Source: Eledone cirrhosa (lineage: Eukaryota). Taken from it: a DNA stretch of 64,000 nucleotides. Positions 1-14,021 of the stretch are shown here, in pieces. The notes beneath the pieces were generated by a model. It was not told the DNA's origin. It worked only from the letters and a program-made list of their open reading frames with translations, and made no database searches. The DNA is taken from positions 344,844,001 through 344,908,000 of the forward strand of contig OZ024740.1 in assembly GCA_964016885.1 (NCBI GenBank), read 5' to 3'. The position numbers and the translations under genes are program-made. Within the stretch, counting starts at the first letter, position 1; each line of letters opens with the position of its first letter.

Positions 1-168
1 ACAATTAAGAAGCTTTTAGTCTTGCCGAAATTTCTAAAGGAATAATGATTAAATGGAATTAATTCAGTGTCGGTATATATATTACTTGAAGGAAATGAAC
101 GTAGATAAAAGTTGAATGAAATTATTTATTGTTATATGAAATTAAGAGCAACCGGTCATACTATAATG

Positions 169-221
<53 letters not shown>

Positions 222-304
222 TGTGTGTGTGTCAATGTCTATATATGTATGCATGTATGTATGAATGCATGTATATATGTATGTGGTTATATATATATAT
301 ATAT

Positions 305-565
305 ATATAATATAAAACGAAAATCTGTGATGCATCTGAACTCACACGATCATTGTGTGGATCTGTCTGATTCTGGATCCGCAGGTTCGACGGACACGTC
401 TAATGATTTCGGAGCAAATTCTCTCGGAAACAATTGTAACACACAATAAATTGAGTTCAGATGCATCACTGATATTTAGTTTTATATTATATCATACTCT
501 GGTCTGTTAGAACATAGAGTGGTCAACTGGCATACCGCCTATGGAAGCATCTTAGCTACCATCAG
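305..565. repeat. Fold-back repeat between (TA)n tracts with a degenerate hammerhead-like motif, probable PLE terminal-repeat remnant
   Basis: About 40-bp inverted arms at 305-343 and 452-491. Inside is CTAATGA...GAAA-CAATTG-TA (G5A core, weak stem I) followed by AATAAA. Confidence 0.5.
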
Positions 566-606
566 ACACACACATATATATATATTTAATATATATATAT
601 ATATTT

Positions 607-648
<42 letters not shown>

Positions 649-650
649 TT

Positions 651-785
<135 letters not shown>

Positions 786-1879
786 AATATATATATATGT
801 GTGAGTGTGTGTAATGTTCCCACTTTATACCAAATAATAAGCAAATATTAAAATAACAGAGTCACGCCATATATCTCATATAACATCAAGTTAAATTCGA
901 AAAAATTACAACACGCACACAGAGAATTAATTTCCACCACAATAATACAAAAACAATACAATTATATATATTTATATTTTTTTACCAAATGTCTACTAAA
1001 ATGAAACTTACTCTCCTGTAATTCATAAATTTACTGTATAATATTCTGTATGTTATGGTTCCCATAATAAAATAATATATAAATGAATATTCTGCTACTT
1101 CAGTTTTATAATATTACGTTGTAAATATTTCTTGGCTTGCAAAGTGATTTTTAATTAAATATTCCATTTTTCATTTAATATTTTGAAAATTCGAATAACC
1201 CAATTACGATTTAGTTGTTTATATGTAGAATGTATATTAAATAATGCATTCTAATAATTTAATTAATTATTAATTCGTTCAGTATTGTCATTTATGTTAT
1301 ATTTGTAACATTTCATGCAAATATAACTATTCTATATATTGTTATGATTTCGAAACATTTGACACTTTTCGCTTGAAATTTTATGACAATTTTTAGTATA
1401 TTCGTGTCTACTTTCTAATATCATACCCAATTATTTCCTTTTAATATATTATAAATATTTATAATTCAGTATATATTGTATAGACTTTTTCACTCTAAGC
1501 AGTTATCTATTGCATTCTATTTTTTCTTCATTTCTTTCCGATGTAGATATAATGACTTTGTTAATAATTTTAACAGCGTCTTTTTTTAAACGGTCTTTAA
1601 AATTAGTATATCATGCAGCTATTGTATTTATGAGGATGCAATTTTAAGAACGATACTTTCGTAATCCAATTCATTTTTAGTCACTATTTCCTTCAAAGTT
1701 CAGTTTCTAAACAATATATGCATCCATTTAGAGTTTTCAATTTCACACGTTTTATTAGTAAATATCAAAAAGTCATAATCAAATTTATTTCAAATAACAA
1801 CACTGGAATAACAATGGAAAAGGACGGGATAGTTGCGGAGTCTAGGGACACAGAATAATGTGAGGTGGAAAGGAGGGTC

Positions 1880-2190
1880 ATAGGTCGTTGCAGTGTGGGC
1901 AACAGCCAACGAACCACGCAGGGCCCCTTTCTCCTGCGGGCTGCTGACGTTCCAACTTGCGGAGGAACTCGGTAGTACGGAGTCCAAGTACACCTGAGGT
2001 CTCGACGACGACTGGTGCGAGTGAATGCGGCCGGACACTCCCCGTTATTTGTTTGCCTTCCTTTCTTCTGCATTGTAGGCCGCAGTACCGTGGTTTGTTG
2101 CTGAAGTGACTAAGTTGGAGGCGGAGAACGTCTGCAACACATGGCGTCCCAGATGAGTTATCTACCTCCTTATAATGGGGAAAGGGTAAT
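1880..2190 (-). pseudogene. C-terminal restriction-like endonuclease fragment of a CRE-like non-LTR retrotransposon
   Basis: Minus-strand motifs LIWDAMC and APVVVETSGVLGLRTTEFLRKL lie in different frames and match the WDATC...PVAVETxGVxG pattern. Frameshifted. Confidence 0.65.
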
Positions 2191-2298
2191 ATGTATATAT
2201 ACATACAGGAGATTAAGCAACATTTTATGTCATTTCGGCTATTCGAAGAACGAAATAATTTAATTTTCATTTTTTAGTAACATTTTCATATGAATATG

Positions 2299-2361
<63 letters not shown>

Positions 2362-2362
<1 letters not shown>

Positions 2363-2792
2363 GGGCGGGTAAAATTCCTGAGATCCGTGGACGAGTTTCT
2401 CCAGCGGCCTCTGTACTTCATCATCGTTGCCATGTCCTGCATCTTAGGGCATCAACATGTGTGCACCACGGTCTCCCTCTTCTAGTGTGTCCGTGCAGGG
2501 GCCCTCACAGGAGCACTGCGTGCACTGTCAACTCGGAATGTCGGTGAGCATGTCCAGCTAACCTCAATGACCTCCGTGTTACTTTCGACCTGTGTATACT
2601 GATTAATGTTCAGAGCCATCCTCGTCATTCTCCTGTAGCACCCATGCACCATCTGGGTGAGTTTCTTGGTCAATGTCCAAGTTTCAGACCCGTACAGCAC
2701 CACAAACTCCACTGTAGCAACGAAGAGACGGATCTTCGAGTCTTTACGAAGGTTCAACTTCGACACCGATCTTAAACTGTGGCACGCCACGC

Positions 2793-2793
<1 letters not shown>
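2362..2793 (-). mobile_element. 5'-truncated RTE-like LINE, 3' end of ORF2, inserted in (TA)n
   Basis: KIRLFVATVEFVVLYGSETWTLTKKL is typical of the RTE RT C-terminal region. (TA)n on both sides. Confidence 0.8.
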
Positions 2794-2843
<50 letters not shown>

Positions 2844-2960
2844 TTGAAAAAAAATGAAAACGAAATTTCATTTCTCACTCTTAGTATGGCACTTACTTAA
2901 ATGTAAGTATGTATATATGCGTACATACATATATGTATACAGACGTACAGCAGCATGCAT

Positions 2961-3003
<43 letters not shown>

Positions 3004-3164
3004 CATACATACAGGTACACATACATATATGCACGCATCAGTTTAGCGGACGTTTATTACAACGCCGCTTTGTTCGTTTGTTTGTCAACAAACCGAACAG
3101 CCTGAATTTATGCCATACGGTGTTAAGGCAACCACGTCACCTTTTTGTTCAACACTGAAACAGG

Positions 3165-3209
3165 AACGATGTACTAGTTTCAACCTTGTTAGCTATCATC
3201 AGCACCGTT
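3165..3209 (-). ncRNA. Type I hammerhead ribozyme (family A)
   Basis: AACGGTG-CTGATGA-TAGCTaacaAGGTT-GAAA-CTAG-TA-CATCGTT: 7-bp stem I, palindromic stem III, GUA site. Confidence 0.8.
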
Positions 3210-3581
3210 TACCCATCTGCCAGATAGATGAACGTTCGAAAATATATACTTTCCTTATGAAAATTAACGGCTGAGCAGCCTAATTTGCATATTGAGTGAG
3301 TTAAATCGGTCAGGCATACCGAAAACGATAAGTTGAAAAAAATGAAAACGAAATTTCATTTCTCACTCTTAGTATGGCACTTACTTAAATGTAAGTATGT
3401 ATGTTCATAAGGAAAGTATATACTTTCGAACGTTCAACTATGGCATAAACATAACACCGTATGGCATAAATTCAGGCTGTTCGGTTTGTTGACAAACAAA
3501 CGAACAAAGCGGCGTTGTAATAAACGTCCGCTAAACTGATGCGTGCATATATGTATGTGTATCTGTATGTATGTATGTATA

Positions 3582-3680
<99 letters not shown>

Positions 3681-3919
3681 ATGCATGCTGCTGTACGTCT
3701 GTATACATATATGTATGTACGTATACATACATACTTACATTTAAGTAAGTGCCATACTAAGAGTGAGAAATGAAATTTCGTTTTCATTTTTTTCAACTTA
3801 TCGTTTTCGGTTTGCCTGACGGATTTAACTCACTCAATATGCAAATTAGGCTGCTCAGCCGTTAATTTTCATAAGGAAAGTATATACTTTCGAACGTTCA
3901 ACTATCTGGCAGATGGGTA

Positions 3920-3964
3920 AACGGTGCTGATGATAGCTAACAAGCTTGAAACTAGAACATCGTT
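3920..3964 (+). ncRNA. Hammerhead ribozyme (family A) with mutated cleavage triplet
   Basis: AACGGTG-CTGATGA-TAGCTaacaAGCTT-GAAA-CTAG-AA-CATCGTT. GUA changed to GAA, so probably inactive. Confidence 0.7.
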
Positions 3965-4133
3965 CCTGTGTCAGTGTTGAACAAAAAGGTGACGTGGTTG
4001 CCTTAACACCGTATGGCATAAATTCAGGCTGTTCGGTTTGTTGACAAACAAACGAACAAAGCGGCGTTGTAATAAACGTCCGCTAAACTGATGCGTGCAT
4101 ATATGTATGTGTACCTGTATGTATGTATGTATA

Positions 4134-4174
<41 letters not shown>

Positions 4175-4229
4175 ATGCATGCTGCTGTACGTCTGTATAC
4201 ATATATGTATGTACGTATACATACATACT

Positions 4230-4281
<52 letters not shown>

Positions 4282-4379
4282 TTCATATAAAAATGAGAGA
4301 ACTCCTCACAATATATCCTCCTTTTCTATTAATCTTTTCTAGATTTCATATGCCTGTGAGTCATCTCATGGATTGTCTT

Positions 4380-5370
4380 TTTGTGGACCGCTGGCCCTAG
4401 TTCTCTGAAATCTGAGATATTTTTCCCCATCTGTGTATTTGACAGCATTTGACTGTTTTAACTGATGTTCTAGCGATAAGGTTTCAAATTTTATGTAAGT
4501 TAATATACATTCTTGCTTTGACTCGATCAGAGACAACAATGTTTATTCATTTAACTTTATTATAGCTATGATTAACTTTCTGATTAGGACAGACACCGCA
4601 CCTTGCGGTCCAGTATACAATTATTTTCTTTGTTTTTTTGTTTTGTTTCGTCCTTCTATCTGTGCATTTTTTTTTATGACACACACATCATACCAGCAGA
4701 AAGATCTAATTTGCCCGTTACACGTTCCAGCATATGAAATGGTACTTTCAGTTAAATCGTGCGATACTATTGTGCTGGTTTGAGAAGATGTGTTTGTGTG
4801 ATCCTGTCTTGTATATCGCCTTTCCTTTTTACATTCTTCCAGCCACTTCTATGCGTCAAAACACTTCTCCATTTCCTCCACTTTTTCTCAACCTTTTTCT
4901 TTATTTCATCTGCCTGACATCTAGCTCGTGGAGTGTCTCTCTCAGACCATTGGTCACCTGTCGCTATCCTCTGAGGAATGTTTGCCCATCGCTCTTTTTG
5001 TCAGCATTTGGCAGTTTTAACAGCTGTTCTTCTGATGAGTTTTCTCATTTTTATATGAATTCAAACACTGTCTTGCTTCTTCTCGATCAGCGATAACAAT
5101 GTTTATTCATTTAACTTTATCAGAGCAACAATTAGATTAGCTTTCTGTTTAGGACAGACAGAGCAGTTTGATGACCAGTATCCCGTTATTTTATTTTATT
5201 TGTTTTCTTTCGTCCTTCTCTCTGCGCTCTTGGTTTTATCACACTCACATCGTACTAGCAGAAAGATTTTTTTTTTTGCATGGTCCAGCATTTAAAATGG
5301 TAATCTCAATTAAATCATGCCAAACCATTTTTCATGTTTTAGTGCTGATAAGTGTGAAGATGCGTGTTTT
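4380..5370. repeat. Diverged tandem duplication, period about 560 bp
   Basis: CTCGATCAG...AACAATGTTTATTCATTTAACTTTAT...AGGACAGACA occurs at about 4522-4595 and 5081-5160. Confidence 0.7.
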
Positions 5371-6269
5371 AACGTTTGAGGAAAACCCTGTATCCCCGTA
5401 CATGCTTCATTCACTGACTGTTGCCATGTTGGTATTGAGGTGGAGTAGAACCAGGGTGCATACCTTCATGCTCCTGTTAGCGACGGTGCATCTCGGTTGA
5501 CCTTTCTCTTTGGCGCTTCAAAAGAGCTGACAGACATTTCCTATGTTATAAAGGAAACTTGCTCTTATTATTTCGTAATTTGGATTAAGTTGGAAAACTC
5601 AAATCTTCCATGATTTCTGGCACTTTAATTGTAATAATTTTAAAAGCATAACCTAATGTTTTGATATCCTTCATTTCTGCTATGAAAGGCGTTAGTCATT
5701 TCATTTATTTCATTTCTTGATCGGCTCAAATGTGCATTTGTGTGTGTAATTTATAGTTGTTAGTGTATTTGACCGCTAGTGTTGTTTTTTTTAGTATTCG
5801 ACTGGAGTGGGCCTCAATAGCCGCTCACCATAACCGCTTCGGCAAATGACTTTCTACCAATTTAGAAGCGTATACTCAGAGCTGGTATGTTCAGTCGGAC
5901 AATGCTTGCCACAGTCATCTATCTCCATTTAACGAACAGGCTGAAAGTCAGCACATCCCACTGCGACCTGCATAAATTAATCTGGGTTTTGCCGCTAGTA
6001 GTAGTAGTAGTAGTAGTTGATGTTATATTTATTGTACCTGATCTTTTAGTTGTCATTGATTTTAGAGTGCTACCAACAATAAATTCAGACAATACGATTT
6101 CCGTATGTCACTTCGTCAACAATTTATAGCAGTAATGTCCAATTCACGGTTTCATTAAACAATTCTTGTACCAAGAAATAAAGATCAGATAAACGCTTTA
6201 CTTAAAGAACAAAAAAAAAAATACTTTCTTTATTTCTATCTCTCTCCCTCTCTATCACAGACACACACA

Positions 6270-6376
<107 letters not shown>

Positions 6377-6633
6377 GTATATATATATATATACATGATA
6401 TATATATATGTGTATGTATGTGTGAGTCTGTGTGTGTCTCTGTGTCTATAAAGAAAACGGATAGATAGAGGATAGTATTATTTTCCTTATTGTTTGTAGT
6501 CACTTTAGTGTTGAAATTTTATTTGTTAGCTTTTTTATTTCATTCATTCATGTTTGTCTCTCTTTCTTTCGTTCCTTTCCTTTTCTTCCTTTCGTCTTTG
6601 TCTGCGACTGACCTCTAGTGTGTTCTTTGACAG

Positions 6634-6722
6634 GCAAATCCCCAAAAGGCGTTGTGTCGATGTGTATGTACAACAAACGTATCAAGTATGCGAGATTGTG
6701 GAATCCCGAGGTCAGAGGTTAG
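6634..6722 (+). CDS. Possible terminal coding exon of an unidentified host gene
   Basis: Pyrimidine tract, CTGAC branch-like site and ttctttgacAG precede a GC-richer unique segment reading KSPKGVVSMCMYNKRIKYARLWNPEVRG*. AATAAA near 6939. No homolog recognised. Confidence 0.35.
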
Positions 6723-9700
6723 GCCGTTTTGTGAGCGTTCGTGTAACAAGAGACAGCGTGTAACCCTCCACACAGCATCATGTGTCTGCTGAGTAAAGTT
6801 CGACGCAGACATCCTGGCGACGTATTATATAATCTGTGCTGCGCTTGGGAGAAAAGCGCATGCGCCTTAATTGTATATTTGTTTTACAGTCTTTCCATTC
6901 TTTTTCGCCATAAACCATAGATAATAGCCAACATAAGTAAATAAATACACAAATAACATAAACATTAACAAAAGTTCAACAAAACAACGATTAAAATAAC
7001 AAGAGTGCAAAACGTAATATAAATGTCATATATTTTGCCGTTATATAATATGATAAATCTATTCCTTTGTCAAGTATTTAGCTACCATATTACAATTTCA
7101 GTTTTACACAAATGTAGTAATAGATAACTATTAAGTGTTAATAGGCAGAGCAGATTAATAAGTGCGATGAAATACTTAGTTTCTTAGATGTTTCGTAATT
7201 TAATGAACTGAAATACAGTCACGTACATTCTCTATTATGTCCTAGTCGTTGCTTTTGTTTTTGTTTTCAGTGTTTAATTTGCTAGGGTCGGTAAAACAAG
7301 TACCATTACATGACCTATTGAGGAAAATTATACACTGTTAACCAATCCGTTAGTAAGAACTGCCAAATTTAACTTAAATCGCATAGAAGTGAAGTCACAT
7401 TTGATAACATAGCTTTTAATATACTAACCTTGAAAACAAACGAATTTGATCTCAGATCTATTCGAAACAATAAAAATATTTTCAATATATATAGCACCCT
7501 TTAATACTTAATACATGATTGTTTCATAAACAAATATTTCGTCTTTATATAGTGTTGTTAAAAAAAGAAAGTAAACGATTTCATGACCGAGTTTTCGATT
7601 GAAAATCATGATGAAACTCGGAAGGGAAGACTTAAATAGAAATGATGTTCATCATCATCGTCATCGACATTATAATCATAATCGTTATCATCATCATGAT
7701 TGTTTGTTGCCCTCCATTTACCTTTCATTCATGGGAGTTGAGAACAATGCCTATAACCATTCGAGGATTGTGGGATCAAAAGAAGGAAGAATATATACAA
7801 AACCTAAATTATTGCAAAGTTATACACTCCGAGTGACAATAACTCTTGAACCAACTAGTCCAGAATTTAAACTCAATGCTAAGAACCAGACCAAACAACG
7901 CATGACCGCATCTGATGCTTAAATACATTATGCTATTCTGATTTAGAAAACCTACTGCAAACTGACGTTTTACTAATGTTCGACAGGTTTTAGGGATGTA
8001 CATTGTCTAAAACCATTTAAAGCAGGTTGAATTTTTAAGAGGAGTCGACAGACTCTAGCCTTAAGTAAAGCTGACTTTTCCCTTTTGTATTTGTAACACT
8101 TTCACTGTGCTCTCTGCTCTTCATACAAGGCTTGTCTCCTTCTACTAACACCCAGACATTCCCGGCACAGAGCTTTCTTCTTTTCTTGGTACTCATATTG
8201 CGCCCCCCCACCCTCCTAGGCTTCGCATTAACAACTTCATCTAGGAATGTCAATCATCTGAAGCTTGTACTGACATTGTGTTTCATGCAACCATTAACCT
8301 ATTCAAAGGGTACGTTAACACCGTCACTATACACCCGTCTAGGACACCCCTGAGCGTCATGATACAGTCCCATCCACCGGGGCAAACACCTAAAAAATAA
8401 TTATTCAATCCAACGCATTTCCTTTCTTTATCTACTTCAGTTGAACCGTATTCCCCGCCATCTGAAACAAATGGGAATACTTCCAGGGTTAGTCTACTTG
8501 TGACACATATCCACAAAGACAGGAATGAACGTGTATGGCATATTCAAGTTTTAAAATTGTATCTATGTATCGCTCAATGTGTTTGACATGGAGATATTAA
8601 TGTGCATTGTAACACTCTACAGTGCTTTGTTTATGATTTGAAGAGATATATAGTTTCCACTGATACGAGAGCATAAGAGATAGGTTGCCGTTTTCAAATC
8701 ATGCAGAATCTGTTAAAGCAATATTTGGTGGGGTTATTGGTGATTTCCGGCTTAGAAACTTTACATTCTCTTTTTCTCTAGATAAATATTTGAAGTTTAT
8801 TTCTCTCTCATCAATATCAAGTTACCGACCGTGCCTCAGAGAGATCTCTTGCTCTGCTACATATATCAACTAAATTACCCACAAATGACGTCGTACCTAC
8901 AGTGACAAAAAACACATTGTTTAATGTGGCCTTGGTTCACATGTTAGATTTATGTAATTATTGTAGTTCACGTATCGGGAAGGTAAATATCCGAAGTATT
9001 CTCCTCATATAGTTTATTGAGGAAGAGTAAAAATAATTGCATGTGTTATTTTCCCGCACAAAAGAAATGCCATCCATGGCCAGTTTACTCTATAAAGAGT
9101 ATTGGCATCGATCACTTGTTTTTATAGACGACTTTATCCGTTCTCTAGCACCGTGCACCTGATATTATTTAGAGCCCAGCACTTCATGAATTATACACGT
9201 GAATTATACACTATGGTTGAATTTCAGATCCAACCAATAATGAGTGGTAGAGCTTCACTTGATTAAACTGAGTGCTTCTTTTCAAAACAAAACTAATCTG
9301 TACAAGTGATTTATGCAGAAGTGGTTGCCTGTCCAGGTCAGTTCAAGTAGAATTATTCAGCCTGCTGGCAAATATATTTGGTTAAAAATCAAATTGTGTT
9401 GGTTACATTTGTTCCTGTGCTGAATCATACTTGCTTTTGCCAAATTGGACATTACGCATATACGGGAATTTCCGCCTCAATTCTCTCTACTTATTTCGCC
9501 TCACAAGTCAATGGTGAACCAAAGATTCTGACAAAAAAGATTGCATTCATTTTCGGTAATAGGAGTATTATTACCGCATTGTTTTTATACCCTTTTAAAG
9601 ACATCGACCTACAGAATACTTTCCGTTTTGGGGTTGCTGACAATGGATAAAATTATCAGCTACGAAAATATTTAGAATTTTCCAGGAAGAATATAATAAT

Positions 9701-9983
9701 GTGAATCAAAATTTTAGAATCGAAGTTTTGTGATATTTTCCTATCAAAGAACGTTACAAGAAGTATTTTTGTATAAACATACACTCACACACAGACAAAC
9801 ACCTAAGGCTTACGCCATTTTGGGGGTTTGGGCCATTCCCTGAAGAGTTGTTTACTTAATTTTCTATGTATCTAAGTTATTTCAGTCAGAACATAGTGAT
9901 TATATATATGGGCGCGTATATGTGTTTATGAGTGTATGTATATGTGCGTGCACACATGCATACACACACAGGCACATATACAC

Positions 9984-10023
<40 letters not shown>

Positions 10024-10612
10024 TGCCTTTTTGAAAGGTAATCCCTGGTGAGAATTATTCTGACGTTATGTCTCCAACTCCATCCTGTGATTGGATACAT
10101 GTCTCTATATGACTCTATTTTCAGCCACTTTCACTTCTGCGTACGATTCCCATGCGGGAATTCTGCATTCTCTAGAATACTACTAATTTTTTGTACAGTC
10201 GATGTCTGGCTCGAATTATTAAAATGCAACATATTACCAAAAGCAAAAAAGAAAGTAAAAAAAGAATCTTTAAAGAGAGAAAAGATATTTTCAAAAATGA
10301 AAAATAATATATAACAAATAAATAAATGCGTAAATGGATAATAAATAAATAAACAAATAAATAAATAAATAAATAAATAAAGTGCTCTCATAGGAATTTC
10401 GTCTATTCATTATTGTTTGACGTACCCGACAGGAATTTACATGAGGGACTTCAAATCAGTCGCAGAAGGGCCATCCAAATTGTTACATTATCTTGTCGAA
10501 TAAATATATGTATGCAGGCACATTCACTCATACACATGCATACAAAAACACATATACACACATATATAATGCATAAAAACACACACATACACACATACAT
10601 ATTATGGTGAGA

Positions 10613-10662
<50 letters not shown>

Positions 10663-10671
10663 GGGTGTTTA

Positions 10672-10900
10672 GGCGCGGGGACTTTTGGTTAGAGTGTTTG
10701 TCTCCCAATCCTAAGGTCATGGTTTCGATTCCTGATGAGACATATTCCATTTTGCTCCAGTTCAAGCAGTAGACAAAAATTAGTTGTACCTCTTGTGTTC
10801 CTGTAATTCAAAGAGCCGGTCTGGTCTCACAGTATGTCACGCTAAAGTTAAGGTTATTCATGCGTGTTGAATGCTAAGACGCTTGCACATTAAGTCCACA
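10672..10900 (+). mobile_element. Degenerate tRNA-derived SINE (CORE-type, tentative)
   Basis: A-box-like TGGTTAGAGTG and B-box-like GGTTTCGATTCC, followed by TTGCTCCAGTTCA. Confidence 0.55.
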
Positions 10901-12205
10901 AGCATGCTTTTGGGTTGTTAGTAGATGTGGATTATACTTCGATGGAACCATGTAAGGTCCAGCAGTATAAATATATACTCAATTTACTTATAATCTTTCA
11001 TTGTTTGTTATATAAGTAGACATGTTGTGATATGCGGTTTATCTACGTTTACAGCTCTTTCATTAAAGTTTTCCGCAAAAAGAACAATCAAAGGTATTCT
11101 TAAAAGACAAATTGGAACACTTGACGTATTGCATACTACATTACATTTCTGTAAATTTGGTATATAGAAGGTATCTTGTAGATCAATTTAGATGAGGTGA
11201 AACAAAGCTGAATCGCTATTCAGAAAGAGCACGTTAAAAGTCACTAAAATCATCCTAATCATCTTTTGCCTTTTTTTTCTTCGTTATGCTGTGTTATTGT
11301 TGTTGTATTTGAGGTGATTTAACATATTGAGGCACGGATTCTCATAATTTGAGTATTTTTAATTCACTGTGTACATCCCCATTAATTGCGATCGGTGTGC
11401 TGCGTGCGACTATTTTATTTGCAATCTTATCATTTTAACTCACGAGCTTTTCATGTAGAGTTTGCAAACGAATGTAGCTGAACATTCCATGAATATTACA
11501 TCACATTCATGACGGATTTGATGTATTGTTTATAGTGTTTTAAATGGGAATAAAACATGTCATTGTACATATCATAGAACCTTAATTTAATTAGTAATGA
11601 TGTTTCATTTCCGTCGCCATGTAACTTCAGTTTGATAAGACAAGGAAATACGATGTGTTTTTTTTTCTAGTGTGTGTGACACCATCTACTGATTTAATAG
11701 CATCTGTAAGTCGCTTTAATAGCATTTGTAAGTCACTTTAATAGCATTTGCAAGTCGGGTTTAGCTCCTTAAAAATAGATAATCTCTCAGCAAGCTGAAT
11801 TATGACAGCTTATATCACACATTTTGACGTATTTCCTCAGGATTACGATTATCGTATATGTGTGTCTGGAGTAGAAATGTTGGATATCAAACATATCATT
11901 TTTGATCTATGAATCTAAGACTAGTGCATGCATGAGAAATTATTTATTATCATGTGAACGTTCATATTATGTTAGAAAATGTTGGAGGAACTGATATATA
12001 ATATGTTATCCTTGGTGACACACCGTATGCACTATAATATTGGAAATGATATGAATACCATGTGTAGAATGTTATCAATATACTGTTTTATTTCTTTGTT
12101 TTTTGTTTTCTGTTTGGAGATAAGATATTGCTTGTATACCATAAAACTACAGATGGGAGACGGGAATATACAAAATATCTACCTATCTACCTAGCTATCC
12201 ATCCA

Positions 12206-12284
<79 letters not shown>

Positions 12285-12361
12285 ATCTATCTATCTATCT
12301 CTATCGCTTTCTCTCCCCCTCTCTCTCTCTTTATATATATATATATATATATACATAAACA

Positions 12362-12456
12362 CGGTGTCCCAGAAAATGTACACACACTTCAACAACATTC
12401 TAATAAATATTGCCTGTACAGGAAATCAAAGTGTGTATACATTATTTGAGGACACC

Positions 12457-12458
<2 letters not shown>
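12362..12458. mobile_element. Small Tc1/mariner-type MITE remnant
   Basis: Imperfect terminal inverted repeats GGTGTCCCAGAAAATGTACACACACTT and AAGTGTGTATACATTATTTGAGGACACC. Confidence 0.5.
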
Positions 12459-12501
<43 letters not shown>

Positions 12502-12534
12502 CAGTAATAATAATATATATATATATAGTAATAA

Positions 12535-12665
12535 TAATAAATTTGAAGACTAAAATCCAAAGAGGGCTCGATAAGGATAAATATATATCAAATATATAAG
12601 AACCGTAGAGCAAATATTTATTAAAATAACAGATTAAAGTTTAAGCAAAGAATCGCTGCTTTCAC
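12535..12665 (-). repeat. Dispersed repeat, probably the 3' terminus of the PLE family at 38.8-41.3 kb
   Basis: TTTGAAGACTAA...AGAACCGTAGAGCAAATATTTATTAAAA is also present at 38828-38965 and partly at 52441-52489. Confidence 0.7.
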
Positions 12666-13557
12666 CGTTAACGAGATCTTCTGAAACTAACAAAGTCAAT
12701 CTGTGAACGCAGAAGTGAATATTTCAAAAAACGTTGTAACCAGATAAATATATATATATATATATAATGTATTGTTTATCAATAGTGTTCAGTCATGTTT
12801 GAGAAAATATAATTGTTTGCATGCGACAACACCTAACATAGCAAACAGGGGATGATAGCTCGCATTCTTACTCAACGTTCGAATCCTCCTCAGGATGATA
12901 ATTAATAATTGTTGTTTCTTTTATAAGAATAGTTTCAATCAATATACACTCTCTCAATAAACCTGTAGCTGTTTGAGGGAGTGCGAAATTAGGATGCATA
13001 TCACGAAAGATCATTTTTAAATATTCGAATTAATAAAATAAGGGATTGGTAGTTGTCTACCAATTTGAATGAAGGCATATCATTATCAAAAATTCCATGT
13101 TTTAGCCTTCTCAACCAATATCTTGCATCATGATGACGATAGATATATTTGATATAATGCTTGCTGTAGAATAAAAAGTATTTATATAAAAATAAGTGGG
13201 ATAAAAATAAGTATTTATATAAAAATAAGGGAGACATGAAGGAAAGTTTATAAGAAGTAAATGGTCCGGATTTAAATAACGTACGCTTGCTTAATTACGT
13301 GGAATGCGCAAACAGCGATTTTGTTAGTGAAATAAGGTCAATTGCTATTTGAACTTGTCGCCGATTCTCTTGTAATGTTTCACATATTCTTGAAAACATC
13401 CGGAATATTCTCAAGAGATCTTAGCAGCATTCTGTACATCCGTGAGATTAGAGCCTGTTTCCGAATTTACTTGTCATCGTCAGACATTTTTCATATCAAT
13501 TCTCCCCTCAATCTTTCTTTCTCTCCTGCTCTGTGTGCTATTATTTCTCTCTTTTAT

Positions 13558-13595
<38 letters not shown>

Positions 13596-13969
13596 TCTCT
13601 CTCTCATATCTATGCATATATATATATATATATATACAGAGAGAGAGGGGGAGTGAGAGAGAAAGAAAAAGGGAGTGGAGAGAGGTAACGCATGTTATTG
13701 AGTAATTTTGTTAATTACAGGAGGTAATACCATTGTGAGCACTGAATAGCATAGCGAGTATGTGAAGTATATATGTTTCTATTTTATTGTATTGTTTCTT
13801 TTGATTGATTCCGCACGTCGGATCGACTATGTTCTATCACGTCGAAGAGGACCTTGAGCCAATCATCTGAGAAACATATGTAACGCTCGATATACAATAA
13901 AATAAAACATTTTAAAGACCTTAGTTATATCATACTTTGTATATATAGAGTATATATATATATATACTT

Positions 13970-14021
<52 letters not shown>

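Larger units (their letters stand above)
2840..4232. mobile_element. HHR-bearing tandem repeat family A, cluster 1 (unit about 490 bp, orientation switch near 3403-3450)
   Basis: Unit start AAGTTGAAAAAAATGAAAACG recurs at about 2841 and 3330. Region 3453-4232 is the reverse complement of the unit. Homologous to 55968-57455. Confidence 0.85.

Noticed and set aside
5025-5080. CTGATGAG...CAAACACTGTC as a hammerhead
   Set aside because: G12 is missing, there is no stem I complementarity, and the motif is not retained in the duplicated copy.
10730-10745. CTGATGAG hammerhead core
   Set aside because: It lies at a SINE B-box with no matching GAAA or stems.
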